Of a stretch of 64,000 nt of DNA, positions 1 through 13,242 are shown one piece after another. The notes under the pieces were generated by a model. That model saw only the letters and a program-made list of their open reading frames with translations. It ran no database searches and had not been told where the DNA came from. Position 1 is the stretch's first letter; each line of letters opens with the position of its first letter. Source of the DNA: Octopus vulgaris (Eukaryota). The stretch lies in contig OX597821.1 in assembly GCA_951406725.2 (NCBI GenBank), positions 72,416,001-72,480,000 on the forward strand, given 5' to 3'. The position numbers and the translations under genes were made by a program.

Positions 1-257
1 CCCCACTTTTACCTCTTATTAGCCCTTATTATCTTAGCAAAATATTTGGTTTTGTTTTTTCTTTATGGTTTTGCTTGAAGAAATTTAATGTAAGTTCTAC
101 GAAATGATGGTTGTTTCAATATAAATATCTTCAGTCAATTCTAAACTAATGTAAAACTATTTAATTCAAGATTTTCTTTTTTATGATTGCATATAAAATG
201 ATGCTGATGTGTAAACTTTTGTTTTATTATACATAATTTTATTTGCATATTTTTCAG

Positions 258-329
258 TATCAATGAAGGGAGTTTTGCCACAGAACTCAGCAATGTCTCA
301 GCAGTTTCTGAGACTCAACAGACCCAAGA
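258..329 (+). CDS. CPLANE1: CPLANE1-like gene, first exon in window (internal exon; gene starts upstream)
   Basis: ttttcAG acceptor and GTGAGT donor. Open frame INEGSFATELSNVSAVSETQQTQ; phase 2 joins the exon at 3189 in frame. Confidence 0.7.
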
Positions 330-987
330 GTGAGTCAATTCTTGTCTAAGTTTTTTTAAATATTTCAAAGTCTTACACCCAATGTTGTAAATTAAGCAAC
401 CATCTGAAGTAGATTAGGTCCTGGCATGTCTGGCACTTGGATTCATAACTTTGAATCCTGCTTGTTTCCTTAGACTTTGAGACTACACCATTTTCTTAAC
501 ACAAAAATTGGTATATAAAAGCCTGAGGCAAAGGAAACCAGTTATATCCATATTTTTAAGTGGAAGCATCTTATCTTTATGATGGTTTGTTTTCCATCAA
601 GCATAAATGAATATCTTTTTTTCTCAACCTATTTACATCATCATCAGCATCATCATCATCATTTAGCATCTGTTTTCCATGCCGGCATGGTTTGGCTAGG
701 ACTGATAAGCCAGAGAGCAGCACCAAGCTCCAGTCTGCTTTCGCTTGGTCTCTACAGCGGGATGCCCTTCCTAACACCAACTGCAGATGCCATATTAATT
801 TACTCAAATTTGCAGAAATTTTGTAAAATAAGTTAATCTTCCTGGAAAATTTATCTGTATTTATCCTTCCATAGATTTATCTACCATCTGTTTGAATCTA
901 ATTCTCTGCTCTTCAGAAGGAAATATTTTTTTCCTTTCTCAGACCTCCATATTCTACTTATTTTTGATTTTTGTAGAATTGAATATT

Positions 988-1445
988 CATCATCATCATA
1001 CGTCCGCTTTCCATGCTAGCATGGGTTGGATGATTTAACTGAGGACTGGCGAACCAGATGGCTGCACCAGGCTCAAATCTGATCTGGCAGAGTTTCTACA
1101 ACTGGATGCCTTTTCTAACGCTAACCACTCCGAGAGTGTAGTGTGTGCTTTTACGTGCCAGCAGCACGAGGGCCAGTCAGGCGGTACTGGCAATGGCCAT
1201 GCTCAAATGGTGTTTTTTTTTACGTTCCACATGCACAGGAGTCAGTCCAGCGGCACTGGCAACAACCTTGCTCGAATGTTTTGTTCACGTGCCACCGACA
1301 CAAGTGCCTGTAAGGCGACACTGGTAACAATCACACTCAAATGGTGCTTTTTACATGCCACCGGCATGGAAGCCAGACAGCTGCTCTGGCAGTGATCCCG
1401 CTCGGATGGAGCTGTTAGCGCTCTACTGGCATGGGTGCCAGTCAT
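988..1445 (-). mobile_element. RTE-LINE 3'-UTR-derived high-copy element ((GAT)n tail); representative copy
   Basis: Shared motifs TTAGGAAGGGCATCCAGCTGTAGAAAC and CCAACCCATGCTAGCATGGAAAGCGGACGTTAAACGATGATG plus GTGCCGGTGGCACGTAAAAAGCAC repeats. Approximate further copies: 4245-4507(+), 20015-20363(+), 21135-21612(+), 24340-24606(+), 27154-27550(-), 32292-32640(-), 42459-42826(-), 43338-43870(-), 47936-48387(+), 49939-50217(-), 51030-51366(+), 54066-54410(-). Confidence 0.8.
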
Positions 1446-1911
1446 CAAATCTGGTTGAAAGATAAATCATCTCCTGTAGAAACAATTAACTTTCTTAATG
1501 AACAGACTTGAATTCAGCATTTCAAGACTCAACAAATCACTCGACAGTTTTGCAGTAGAGTGACTGCCTACAGCAGGGATCTCTACCATCCTGGGGCACC
1601 TAGTTGAATCCAGGTGATTCCAATCATGGAGAATCAAGTGCTACAGCCATGGTCACACTAATGTGCTGATAACAGGATATGAGACTCTGGTTTCTCAACT
1701 GGTTCTCTGGTTCCCCATTAATTTGGACATTTGGCATATGAGACAGGAGAGAAATGGCTTCAAGAAACAGGAATAATTCATTCCTGACACAGATACAGTC
1801 CCACCTTGGGCAAATGCCTTCTAGTATAGCCTTGGGCTAACCAAAACCTTGAGTGGATTCCATAGATGGAAACTGAAGGAAGCCTATAATACATAAGGTG
1901 TTCAGGCTAAA

Positions 1912-2092
1912 TTTGTGTGGGTACAGTTCAGAAGGATACCAACCACTCTGCTTGCAAGACCAAGGCTGAGCTGAAGGCCAAGATGAAGGAAGTGTTCAAA
2001 AATCTTCCACGAGACATGGTGAGGAAATCATTTTAGGTTCCAAAGCTGTCTTGAGGCTGTGGTGGAAACTAAGAGCAGCTACTTTGAGTAAA
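1912..2092 (+). pseudogene. Tc1/mariner-superfamily transposase C-terminal relic
   Basis: Broken frame reads GTVQKDTNHSACKTKAELKAKMKEVFKNLPRDMVRKS / RFQSCLEAVVETKSSYFE*, typical of a Tc1/maT-like C-terminus. Confidence 0.6.
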
Positions 2093-2903
2093 CTCCTCTC
2101 CCAGCCATAATCGAATTGATATTTTTTGATTTTTTAAAAATACTTTTTTTGTTGGGTGGGATATTGTGTTGTCTTTTGCCTTTATGGAAGCCACCAGATT
2201 TGGCCTAAACATCCTCTGTGTTTGTGTGCATGTGTGTTTGTATTCTTGTCTTGACAATGAGAGTTCCTGTCAGACAAGCAATGTCATTCATTTCCAATCT
2301 TCTGTGAAGAAAACATGTCTAGCCATGAGGAAATATTACCTTTGTGCAGAAATAGGTCAAGGTTGGCAACAGGAAAGACATCCAACCATAGAAAAATTAG
2401 CCTCAATAAACTCTGTCTGACTCATGCAAGCCTGAGAAAGTGGACATTAAAATTATGATGGATGCAATACTACAGTCAGGCTGGTGGAAGTGGGGACTGG
2501 GGGTGTCGGGGTGGGGGAGATAAACTTGATTAAATCAACTCCAATATTTGGGTGGTTTCTTAGTTTATCAGTCTCAGAAAGAATAAAAGATAAAATTGTC
2601 TTCAGAAAGATTTGAACTTACATTGCAAGAAGTTGTTTTCTGATGCACTCCTGGTTCTACTAATCCACTGATTGCAAGATTAAGAGTTCAAACCCGGTCG
2701 TGTAGCATAGAGGCAAAGCCATTTCATTTATTATTTGCCACATATGTATAATAATGTAGAAATGAAAATGGAGTTTTACTTTTCTATTATTGAGACTAAT
2801 TTCATCACTCTTAAACTCACCGTTCTAATATTCATATGCTTAATATCTTCAATATCAAATCATATTCTGTTTATTTTTCACCAGTTTCTGCAGTTTCCCT
2901 TAA

Positions 2904-3124
2904 CCCTTTCGTTACCAACCCGGCTGAAACCAGCTCTGACTCTGTAGTACAAATGTCTTGTTTTCATAAGTTTTGAATTAAAATCTTCCACCAAACCTTA
3001 GTCACAATTTATGTTCCTAACGCTAGCTTAATGATAACCAAGTTATTTTACTAAATTCTCTGTTATATTTAAAGAAATTGAAAGAAACACAAAGCTTCTC
3101 AAAATAGATACAGTAATGAAAGGG
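2904..3124. mobile_element. piggyBac-like MITE family 1, copy a
   Basis: TTAA|CCCTTTCGTTAC ... GTAATGAAAGGG|TTGA; near-identical body to the copy at 18568-18767. Confidence 0.8.
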
Positions 3125-3188
3125 TTGAGGAACAGCAGATTGAAAATTCAAAACATTTTATTAAATGAAGTTTCGTTTTATTTTCCAG

Positions 3189-3471
3189 AAGCCATAGTGA
3201 TCCTCTGAGTGTTTCTGTTACATCATCATTTACAACAGACAGTTTGGATGATGTAGAAATTTCTCCAAACCAGAAACCTCTTCAGACTTCACAATCAACA
3301 GCATCTAAGACCAAAAATAGTGTTTTATCAGAAACACATTCTTCTTTAGGTAACCAAACCAAATCTAAAAGACAAGAACTCAACAAAGAAAGTATAATTT
3401 CTGAAGTTCAGCAAAATGTAAAACAGGATGTGATGGATGTTATCCAACTGGAAATCCAAAAGCTGATCGAT
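3189..3471 (+). CDS. CPLANE1: CPLANE1-like exon 2 (window numbering)
   Basis: ttttccAG / GTAAGC. Encodes SHSDPLSVSV...QLEIQKLID; overlaps ORF 3244..3501; ends in phase 0. Confidence 0.8.
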
Positions 3472-3511
3472 GTAAGCAAGTCGTTTATTTTCTCCCTTTA
3501 AACCCCTTCTC

Positions 3512-3930
3512 TAGTTAAGTTAAGTTAATTTTTTGGCTCAAAAAGCAAAAAGCAAGGCCATGTAGGGGGACATGGAGTTATGTACAGGGTGGTGTTCATG
3601 CAAAGAGTTCAGGCCATTTGTGGTCAAGGGAGACTTTGAACCGAGTGGTCGTCAGCATCTTCACTATCTCGTCCGGCAGCTTATTCCACGGATCCGCAAC
3701 CCAGATGGAGAAAGCCCCTCTCCTTCGATTGAGATGAAATCGTCACAGATAGAGCTTTTCGGAGTGACCCCGCAGAGGTTACACTTTCCACTTATGATGT
3801 TGTGAGCAAGAATGAGATCACCACGGCATCGTCGTTTTTCTAGAGAATAAAGGTCGAGCGTCTTCAGCCTTTCTTCATAAGACAAATGCTTGAGACCAAG
3901 AACCATGCGGGTAGCCAGCTTCTGGACTCT
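3512..3930 (-). mobile_element. CR1-clade LINE 3' fragment
   Basis: ORF 3664..3906 reads [29 protein letters not shown], a CR1 ORF2 C-terminal motif; short (TTAAC)n-like tail. Confidence 0.85.
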
Positions 3931-5539
3931 TGTTGAGATTCATATGGCTATCGAGTACACATCATAGACAAACACATTGCCTAGTTTCTTTATTTTTAAG
4001 AAGCACTCATTAAATTTTGAAAGCAGCATTGTTCTCTAAATAGGTTAAACTGAAGCAATGAAATTCATTATTCTATAACATCAGAAAGAAAAAGCTACCA
4101 TTCCAGTTGGTGCCGTTAAAGAAATACATCCTGTACTCTCTTGCTCTCCTCAACCCCTTCAAAAATCTACAAATGCATTCAATCCATAAAAAGTATGTAA
4201 AAACCAAATATGATTTTGGATTTAATGTATTCCATTTGTAATATCTGGCACTCCTGTGCAGGTGGTATGAAAAAAAAACACCATTTCGAGCATGTCCATT
4301 ACCAGTACGGCTAGACTGGCCCTCGTGCCGGTGGCATGTAAAAGCATCCACTACACTCGGAGTGGTTGGCATTAGGAAGGGCATCCAGCTGTAGAAACAC
4401 TGCCAGATCAGACTGGTGCCTGGTGCAGCCATCAGATTCACCAGTCCTCAGTCAAATCGTCCAACCCATGCCAGCATGGAAAGCAGACGTTAAATGATGA
4501 TGACGATGTCAAATTTGTATAACATTCTTGGAAAATCTCATCACAACCCTGTTTTCATGGATTGGTGAGATTGACAGGAGCTGAGCTTAGAGTATGGAGT
4601 CCCAGCATGGCCATCACCAATGACTAAAACTAGTGAAAGAGTCTGACGTGCAATAACAATTTCATCACTTTTTTAACCAGAACTAAGTCAATCAGCTTCT
4701 TCTTCTTATCATCATCATCATTTAACGTCCACCTTCCATGCTGGCATGGGTGGAATGGTTTCACAAGAACCAGCCAGGCAGAAGCCTGCACCAGGCTTCT
4801 GAAAATTAATAACAACAACAATAGATTTAGTTTATTTTACAACCATCTAATTCTCAACAATAGAACTGCATTTAAAGAATAGAATTTGTTTTCGTTTTAT
4901 TCACATAGTTCAGGGTTCAGTCCCACTGCGTGGCACCTTGGTCAAGTGTCTTCTACTATAGCCTTAGGCTGACCAAAGCCTTGTGAGTAGATTTGGTAAA
5001 CAGAAACTGAAAGAAGCCTGTCGTATATGTGTGTGTGTGTATTTATGTGTCTTTGTTTTTCACCCCTATCGTCACTTGACAATTGATGTTGGTGTATTTA
5101 CGTCCCCGTAACTTAGTGGTTCAGCAAAAGAGACTGATAGAATAAGTACTAGGCTTACAAAGAATAAGTCCTGAGGTCTAATTGTTCAACTAAAAGTGGT
5201 GCTCCAGCATGGCCGCTGTCAAAATTACTGAAATAAGTACAAGAATAAACCTTGGACTTGTGCCTTTTATTTTTGGGGGGTTAAAAAATAAGTACCATCA
5301 AGTACTGTGGCTGATGTAATTAACTAACTTTCTCCCACAAAGATTGATGGCTTTGCACCAAAATTTAAAATAATAATTATTATTATTATTAGTTAATCAA
5401 AGGAGGAGGGAAGTACGAATGATGTTTACGGGCCTTCACAGACTATAGGGATTTTGAGGTAGTTGGTACTCAGTTTGATATTGAGTTAAGTTGAGGTATG
5501 TAAGGAAAATATAGCAGGAAGGCAATACTACAGGGTTGC

Positions 5540-6180
5540 ATCTTGGGAAGAAGTCATTGAGCAACATCTCAGTTCCTATCATTTTCCCCACCTCCATTCT
5601 CTCTCACCTCTCACTCCCACTATCACCTGAAACCAGAATCAGCACACACTATGTCTCCCCGGTTTTCTCTCACTTACCTTTCTTCCTCCACCCCAAACCA
5701 CTTCCATTTCCCATTATCTTTGCTCCTCCTCCTACTGCCTCCATCAGCCTCCTTCTTCACCATCGTCTCTCTCTCTCTCTCTCCGTCACTCTCCTTATCT
5801 TACTCCCTAACTCACTCTCCTTTCTTCTCTGACTGAGGTTCCCAAGTGTCTACTTTATAGTAAGACACCTATCTCTGACCCCTTTATACTTTTAATCTCT
5901 CAACTGGCACGCCCCACGCCCCACCCACCTTCAGTCCTACTTCTCACTCCCAGTTAAAGGATTGTTGTCTTGCAAGGTACCTGGTGACCTTGTTGGTGAT
6001 GGTGCCACTTAAAAAAAGCAGCCAGTCCACTTTGCAAAATGGTTGGCAGTAGGAAGGGCAACCAACTGTAGAACCCATACAAAAGCAGACAATCAGAGCC
6101 TGGTGCAGCTCTCCAGCCTTGCCAGCTCTGCTCAAACTGTCCAACCCATGCCAGCATAGAAAATGGATGTTAAATAATGA
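5540..6180 (+). repeat. Pyrimidine-rich interspersed repeat joined to an RTE-tail end
   Basis: 5600-5880 is the reverse complement of parts of 18825-19300; 5950-6060 matches the reverse complement of 24850-24960; a related purine-rich tract lies at 25030-25740. Confidence 0.6.
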
Positions 6181-6527
6181 TAATTATCATAATGTATAAT
6201 TCTCATAACAACCCGCAATCAAATGGAAATTGTAGTTGTAGCTGATGCTAGCCCCGCCTGTCTTGCTCCCCATGCCGGTGACATGTAAAAAGCATCATCT
6301 AAACGTGGTTGATGCCAGCCCCTCACCCCGACTGGCTTCTGTTCCAGTGGCACATAAAAAGCACCATCCGAACATAGCTGATGGCACTGCTGCCTTGACT
6401 TGCTCCCATGCCAGTGGCATGTAAAAGCACAATCCAAACGTGGTCAATGCCAGCTCCCTCTGTTTACAGTTTATTAATGCCTTGCCATTTTTAATGTTTT
6501 GGTTTTTGTATTTTCTTTGTTTTTTAG

Positions 6528-7732
6528 GTTCAAAACGACCGATTCCAGTCTGTTATAGATGCCTTGTTACCTCATAAAAAGGTAAAGAACAAAAGAAACC
6601 AGAGAGCAGACAGCATTAATAAAATTCCAGCTGGTTCCAGTGTGGCCGAGGATAGTTTTAGTTCCGATTCAGAGTCTGAGAATCAAAGACCACCTGTGAC
6701 AATATCTTCTAAAAAGACACAAGTTGATATCAGAGCACCAGATTCTACCTCATCCTTCAGACTAAGAAGTCTAAAACATCCTAAAAGCTCAGTTGGAAAT
6801 ATTAGAGGAGTCTTAAAGGAATTGGAGAATCTTCAAGAAATATCTCAGACTACAAAAGAAAGTTCTTCAACTTTGATTTCAAAACCTTTGAATAATAAGA
6901 ACTACAATCAAAGAATTGATCCTTCAGAAAATTACCAGCACCAACAGATTGTTAATGATAACAGGAGAGTAACTGATGCAATGACGGGTGGTGTGACCAA
7001 TAAAGGTTCACATCAGAACTACCGTTTATTTAATCTCGACAATGTCGTCTCGGAATCTCCACCCTTGATGTCATTGCCACAACTTAATTCAGTAACAGAA
7101 CCCACTGCAGTTAACAACCAGGAGGGGCAGCAATCAAACCCAGAGAACCCTGTCAGAATGCCTTTGCTTTGTCTTACAAAGAAACAACCCAATATTTTTA
7201 AAATTCCAGAACCTTATTTATGTATTCCCCAAGTTAGGCAAGAAGCTGTGGAAATTAACAATAAAGTTTCTTCCTCCCAGAAATCGGCAAATTCTGGCAG
7301 CAGTAAATTTGTAAATTACCACAATGCTACTAATACTAATATCAACATGATGCAATTTCCGAAACAAACTTTTAAATTGTTGATTGATTCTTCTGATCTG
7401 GAAGAACCAGAAGAACCTTCCCCGATGCCATTACTAAAAATCCCCAAAGACAAATCAGAGATGCTCAGCCCTCATTTGTCTTATCAGCTCATACCACCTG
7501 AACTCATTGTTGGCTTTAAGCAGAAACTTCTGGAGAAAACTGAAAATAAAAAGAAAAACTTTATAAAGTTTCAGCAAAACGAATTACAGAAACTGAAGGA
7601 AGAGGGGGAAAAAAGCAGCCCGACTCCATTGGAATTTCAGTATCTCAGGATGAAACAACCATCTTCTGGAGAAGATGAACAATCAACGGAATCCAAAGTT
7701 TATAAAGACTCTCATGTAAACAATCTCAAACG
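6528..7732 (+). CDS. CPLANE1: CPLANE1-like exon 3 (1205 nt, S/P/Q-rich)
   Basis: Long pyrimidine tract with tttAG / GTAAGT. Covers ORF 6564..7736. Recurrent PLL(x)I/LP motifs and YQLIPPELIVGFKQ, which resembles the vertebrate CPLANE1 LIPLxNLIAFxQ motif (from memory). Confidence 0.85.
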
Positions 7733-9789
7733 GTAAGTCATTGATTATGTTTTTAATCAAATAAAAAGAGTGACTGATGACAGTGAGTGATGGACTAAAC
7801 CAATCATCTGGTTTAACCTCCACCCCTTTGTCCCTTGGGTACCTCAAGCAGAGTTCATTCTGTTGCAAGCTTTTATACCAGGCTTTTACTCTGACAATAA
7901 CCTCCTCCCTTTTTCCCACTCATCTTGTGGCCCTGGAAAAGGTCATAAACTGATTCCTCTCCATCTTCTCACTAAAACATAAAAACATTTTTTTAATGAT
8001 ACTCTGCTTAATTAAATTATGATGATCCATTCAGATTTTGTGGTTCGTTGAACATACGGCTTGGGTTTAAAACAAATATTGGCAACATTTGTTTGATTCT
8101 TAGTGGAATCATTTCATTTCACTTTCTTCCTCCAATTTCCAGCTACATTTAATAAACTAGAATGGTTTAGACTTCATAATCTTCATTTTTTTCTTAACAC
8201 TCTTTGGACAAAGACTTCATTGGTGATTCTACATCCTGCTAATGGTTACAAGAAATGCTCTAAATACTGCAGAGGAGAAAAAGTAGCGGTCAAAGTCTGA
8301 GATTCAGAACTTGGTGTGATTACCATTATTAATGTTTATAACCAAGTGATTGGGATTGTATTGAGGGCAAAGAATCAAATAAGATTTCATAAACCTTTTG
8401 CTGACCAGTTTAGAAATTTTTTGAACCATGAATACCATCTTTTGCATTTTGTATAACATTTCTGTCAAGCCAGTGTCTGTTCATCTCCAGGTGTCCTCGT
8501 CTGGGTTTGAACTCAGGGCTTTTATTATTAATGAAGGTAAACGTATATATTTAGAGAGAAGACATTTGAAGGTGACTTAAGATTGAAATGGACTGGATGT
8601 TTTTCCATACTGGCATGGGTCGAATGAGACTTTTTGAGCTAATGTTTTACAACTGAATGTCTTTAGTTACCTCTTTCAACAAGCAGCTATATGAAGCACC
8701 TGTTCTAAGAACTCTGAGAGACTGGTCAAAACCTTGTGTTTAGTACAAAGGCAAAAATGGGGTTAATAATATAGCAAATGATATTTATTAATAGAAACTG
8801 TCTGAAGAGAATGAGACTGGCCAATTTAATGGTCAGTCGGTCATGTTCTGTCTATAACACTTGGCTGTATTTATGATCCAGATACTCAATTTTGCATAGT
8901 ATCCATCTCACTGTAAATAGGTTCCACAGAGTGATAAAATGTATTACACTAAGCAGTGTTTGGTTTGGTATAATTAGCAAATGTTTAATTAGATGATAAT
9001 TATCGTGTTTAGTTGCCTTAGTAAGAAAAGTCTCTTATAATAGATCAGTGTCCTCCTCGTGTGGAAATTTTATTATTCTTTTCTACTCAAGGCACAAGGT
9101 CCAAAATTTTGGGGTAGGGGGCCAGTCAATTAGCTCAACCCCAGTGCGTAACTGGTACTTAATTTATCGACCCTGAAAGGATGAAAGACAAAGTCGACCT
9201 CAGCGGAATGAATGCTGAAAACAGGCACCAACCTCAGGACACAGAGATTCCGAAATCTCTTTTGCAGTTCTCTGAACTTTATTCCCTCACATTCAGACTT
9301 AACCATTATCTTCATCTTTAGTAGTGATTATCCTCAAGGTAACTGAATTTACCAACCATTTCTAAAGATCCTTGTAAGCATTCCAACATGTTCAAACTCT
9401 GGATGTCCGTACCATTAGCTGTTTTCTTCATGTCAGTCCACTACAGACCCTACATAACCCTTTATATATGCTCAGTGTTTGAATAGATGGATTTCCTGTC
9501 TACATAAAGTCACTTCCCGAATGCTTCGGGTTTCTTTTTCTGCCCACTCAGTCCTGTCTAGATCTTCTGAAGTTTTTCAGCAGAATTTGATTGAAATCAT
9601 CAACAAAGGTCTTAAACTCTTTCTGAAGAATTGTTTGAAGCAGTTAGAATAAGGGAAAGAAATGTAGAAATGGGGTATTAATGGATATGTGTCTAGTAAA
9701 TTCCTCACAGTTCTAATTGTTATATTGTATGACACTGCCATTCCTGCTCTGATCCAATTCCTGGAAACACTCATAACTGAACTGGATTA

Positions 9790-10857
9790 ACAAAAAAAAT
9801 TAATAATAGCCTGGGCAAAGTTCAGAAAGCTCCTACCTCTGCTGGTGACAAAGGGCCTCTCACTCAGAGCGAAAAGTAGACTGTATGATGCATGTGTGCA
9901 TACTGCCATGTTACACAGCAGTGAAACATGATTGCTGAAGAGATGCGTAGGTTTGAAAGATATGAAGCTAGCATGATCCACTGAATGTGTAATGTCAGTT
10001 TGCACTCACAACAGAGTGTAAGCGCCCTGCGAGAAATGTTGGATATAAGAAGCATCAGATGTGGTGTGCAGGAGAGACAACTGCGCTGGTATGGTCATGT
10101 GTTGCATATGGATGAGGAGAGCTGTGTGAAGAAGTGTCATTCTCTAACAGTAGAAGAGGGAGACCCAGGAAGACACGGGATGAGGTGGTGAAGCACGACC
10201 ATCAGACTTTGGGCCTCACAGAGGCAATGACAAAAGACCGAGACCTTTATAGATATGCTGTGATTGAGAAGACCTGACAAGTATAGTGAGATCACAGCTG
10301 TAGCCCATACCAGTGTCACATAACCTGCCCATTTAAAAGGTACCTTTGAATCATCGGGTGACACACTGTGCTTGAAGAGACCCATTGAGTCAAGTAAAAT
10401 CAAAAATCAAAATCACAATCTCAATCAAATCAAAATCAAAAATGGAAATGCCACCTGACTGGTTTCCCATGCTTGTAGCATGCAATAAGCTCTATTTATG
10501 CATGAGTTGTTGCCAGTGCCACCTGACTGGTCCCTGTGCCAGTGGAACGTAAAAAGCACTATCTGAACATGGTCAATGCCAGCACCCACCGTCCGAACTG
10601 GCTCCCTGTGCCAGTAGCACATAAAAAGCACTGACCGAATGTGATTGTTGCCAGGCCCGCCTTGCTGGCTCCTGTGCTGGTGGAATATAAAAAGCACCCA
10701 CTACACTCTCGGAGTGGTTGGCATTAGGAAGAGCATCCAGCTGTAGAAACTCTGCCAGATCAGATTGGAGCCTGGTGCGGCCTCCTGGCTCACCAGTCTT
10801 CAGTCAAACTGTCCAACCCATGTCAGCATGGAAAGCAGACATTAAACAATGATGATG
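9790..10857 (+). mobile_element. 5'-truncated RTE LINE: ORF end plus long 3' UTR
   Basis: QERQLRWYGHVLHMDEESCVKKCHSLTVE...GRPRKTW-type RTE C-terminus running directly into the tandem-repeat UTR and (GAT)n tail. Similar copies at about 17035-17612(+), 19420-19770(-) and 61120-61640(+). Confidence 0.85.
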
Positions 10858-10970
10858 GTGTGTTCCATTCAGTTCAACTTGTTATGTAATCTATTTGTTG
10901 AATATGGAAACTGTATTAAAGTTATGTTGAAGGTTTTCTTTTTTTTTTTTTTTTTTTTTTTTGCAAATAG

Positions 10971-11043
10971 AAGCATTCGAAGAAAGAAAAAGGAGGAGGA
11001 AGAAGAAAAGAAAAGTTTGGAAAAAACACAGAGAAAAGTTGAG
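10971..11043 (+). CDS. CPLANE1: CPLANE1-like exon 4
   Basis: poly-T tract, aatAG / GTAAAG. RSIRRKKKEEEEEKKSLEKTQRKVE; phase 2 to 0 fits neighbours. Confidence 0.75.
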
Positions 11044-11712
11044 GTAAAGAAAGATTTTACCTCTGAGGAATGTTGAAAAAGTAATGATTCTGTTATTGGT
11101 GCCTGGTTAATAATTTGTAAGAGACAATTGTATAAGGAAATGGTTAGAAGGTGTTATAATCAGTCTCAGTAAATATCTTGAGCTTATTTTATTAATCCTT
11201 CCAAGGTGAAAGGCAAATTGGATGTTGCTTAGAATTTAAATTTAGAACATTGAGGAATTTGAATAACATCAGACATGACAGTTATTCTGATATTATAGAA
11301 TTCCTGATATTCCATCACTTGTATAATGGTTTCAAACTCTGGCACAAGACCAAAAATTTTAAGGATAAGTTGATTACATCGATTCCAATGCTCAACTGGT
11401 TTTTATTCCATTGACCCTAAAAGGATAAAAGGTAAAGCCAATCCCAGCAGAATTTGGGCCAAATTGGCTGCTAAACATTTCATCTGGGGGCTGCTGATTC
11501 TGCCTATAATAGAAAGGATTATTATTATTATTATTATTATTAAACCAGAGATAAAGAACTGAGAAATGGCACCCAGGGTTTTTCCATGAGCAGCCCTCAA
11601 CTCTCTCCTCCCTTTTGAGGGATATTCATTGTTAAAATTTTATTATTACTTTTTTATTTTGTTAAACCTGTTTACACACAAAATCCCAACACACATGGGC
11701 ACATGCACGCGT

Positions 11713-11749
<37 letters not shown>

Positions 11750-11841
11750 CTCTCTCAGTGTTTTGTCCTGTGCTGTCCTTAATGTTGTTTTTTTTAATGT
11801 AAACCCTTTTGTGGCTAATAAAGAAACCCTTATTATTATAG

Positions 11842-11938
11842 GATAAAGATCAAATGGAATCTTCAGTCTCATTGAAGAAACCAGAAGAGAAGAAATTGGA
11901 ACCAGAAAAGATTCACAAAGATTTTATTTTCAACCCTG
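11842..11938 (+). CDS. CPLANE1: CPLANE1-like exon 5
   Basis: tatAG / GTAAGG. DKDQMESS...HKDFIFNP; phase 0 to 1. Confidence 0.7.
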
Positions 11939-12531
11939 GTAAGGAAAGCTAATCTTTACAATTAAATTAGAGTCAATGGGATTGCTTTGATCTTTACGAA
12001 GACTTTCAGAATCAAAAGCAAAAGGCCTTTCACATATTTCAACATCCTTTTTGTTGTTGTTGTTTCATTTTCAGTTTGTAGTATTCTATATTATTGTTGC
12101 TTTTCTGCATCTCAACAATGTTGGTTCCTGTGTGCTATGGCGTTTGCATTATCTGCATGTATTTTGTCTTGGTCTGGTAGATTTACAGGTCACATCCATT
12201 CTTACCTTGTCACAACCTCATTCCATATTTGTCATTGTATTTCCCTTGCCTTCTCTTTGTTTGTCTCAACTTAAATTCTCATCCTCCCTCATCTCCCAAA
12301 AATTCCAAGACAGTATCCTTCTTTAGATTGTTCTGTAGCTTACTGTCAGAAAATGCAGGTGTAGCTGCTAACCATCCCTCTCCTTATGTCGTCTGCCATC
12401 TTTCATGCTGTCACCTCTACGTTATGCCTTGTACCCCATAAGTTCCCTCTTCCAGTCGCTTGTATAAAGTCAATCCACTACAAACACAGGCCAAACCCAA
12501 ATGTATTTGTGTGTTAGCATTTGTAATATGG

Positions 12532-12741
12532 CTCTTTGACTTGTTTCAGTCATGTGACTGCAGCCATGCTGGAGCACCGCCTTTAGTTGAGCAAATCGAA
12601 CCCTGGACTTATTCTTTGTAAGCCTAGTACTTATTCTATCGGTCTCTTTTGCCGAACCGCTAAGTTACGGGGACGTAAAAGCACTAGCATCAGTTGTCAA
12701 GTGATGTTGGGGGGACAAACACAAACATATACACACATACG

Positions 12742-12775
<34 letters not shown>

Positions 12776-12940
12776 TACGACAGGCTTCTTTCAGTTTCCG
12801 TCTACCAAATACACTCACAAGGCTTTGGTTGGCCTGAGGCTATAGTAGAAGACACATACCCAAGGTGCCATGCAGTGGGACTGAACCCGGAACCATGTGG
12901 TTGGTAAGCAAGCTACTTACCACACAGCCACTCCTGCACC
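12532..12940 (-). mobile_element. tRNA-derived SINE with CORE-like segment and internal (TA/CA)n; representative copy
   Basis: Head GGTGCAGGAGTGGCTGTGTGGTAAG...GGTTCAGTCCC (A/B boxes), GGCACCTTGGG segment, tail TGACTGAAACAAGT(AAAAGAG). Approximate further copies: 4910-5245, 25765-25930, 29925-30215, 30665-31010, 37397-37805, 45690-45912, 47756-48612 (split), 49392-49749, 52524-52690, 62499-62880. Confidence 0.85.
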
Positions 12941-13242
12941 TATATGTTGAAAATTTAATTCTAATTGGTTATTAATATGAAATTAGTTTCCTGATAAGTG
13001 AAGCCAGAGATCAATATTTAATTATATTTTACTGATTTAGCCACAATAAATATTGTTTTTGTAGTTTTACTTTAAAGAAAAAAGTTTTCTTGTCAGTGAA
13101 TAGGTCGCAGTCTCAAAACGACGAAAATATTTTGCCAAATTTAAATGTTGAAGTGAATCTAACTGGGTTTTTTTTTTGGGGGGGGGGGGTATATGAAATT
13201 ATTCTGAACTTTTTTTTGTTTGTTTTTTTTCTCTTTCAATAG

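Noticed and set aside
2491-2517. G-quadruplex-like run GGGGACTGGGGGTGTCGGGGTGGGGG
   Set aside because: It lies at the G-rich end of a decayed SINE; nothing suggests function.
10500-10700. Hairpin repeats (GTGCCAGTGGCACGTAAAAAGCAC) with variable spacers, CRISPR-like at first sight
   Set aside because: The spacers are homologous to each other, the array is part of a dispersed RTE 3' UTR in eukaryotic introns, and there are no cas genes.
11713-11756. (CA)n(CT)n and other microsatellites ((TA)n, (ATT)n, (CAT)n) across the window
   Set aside because: Ordinary simple repeats, mostly retroelement tails or SINE-internal tracts.
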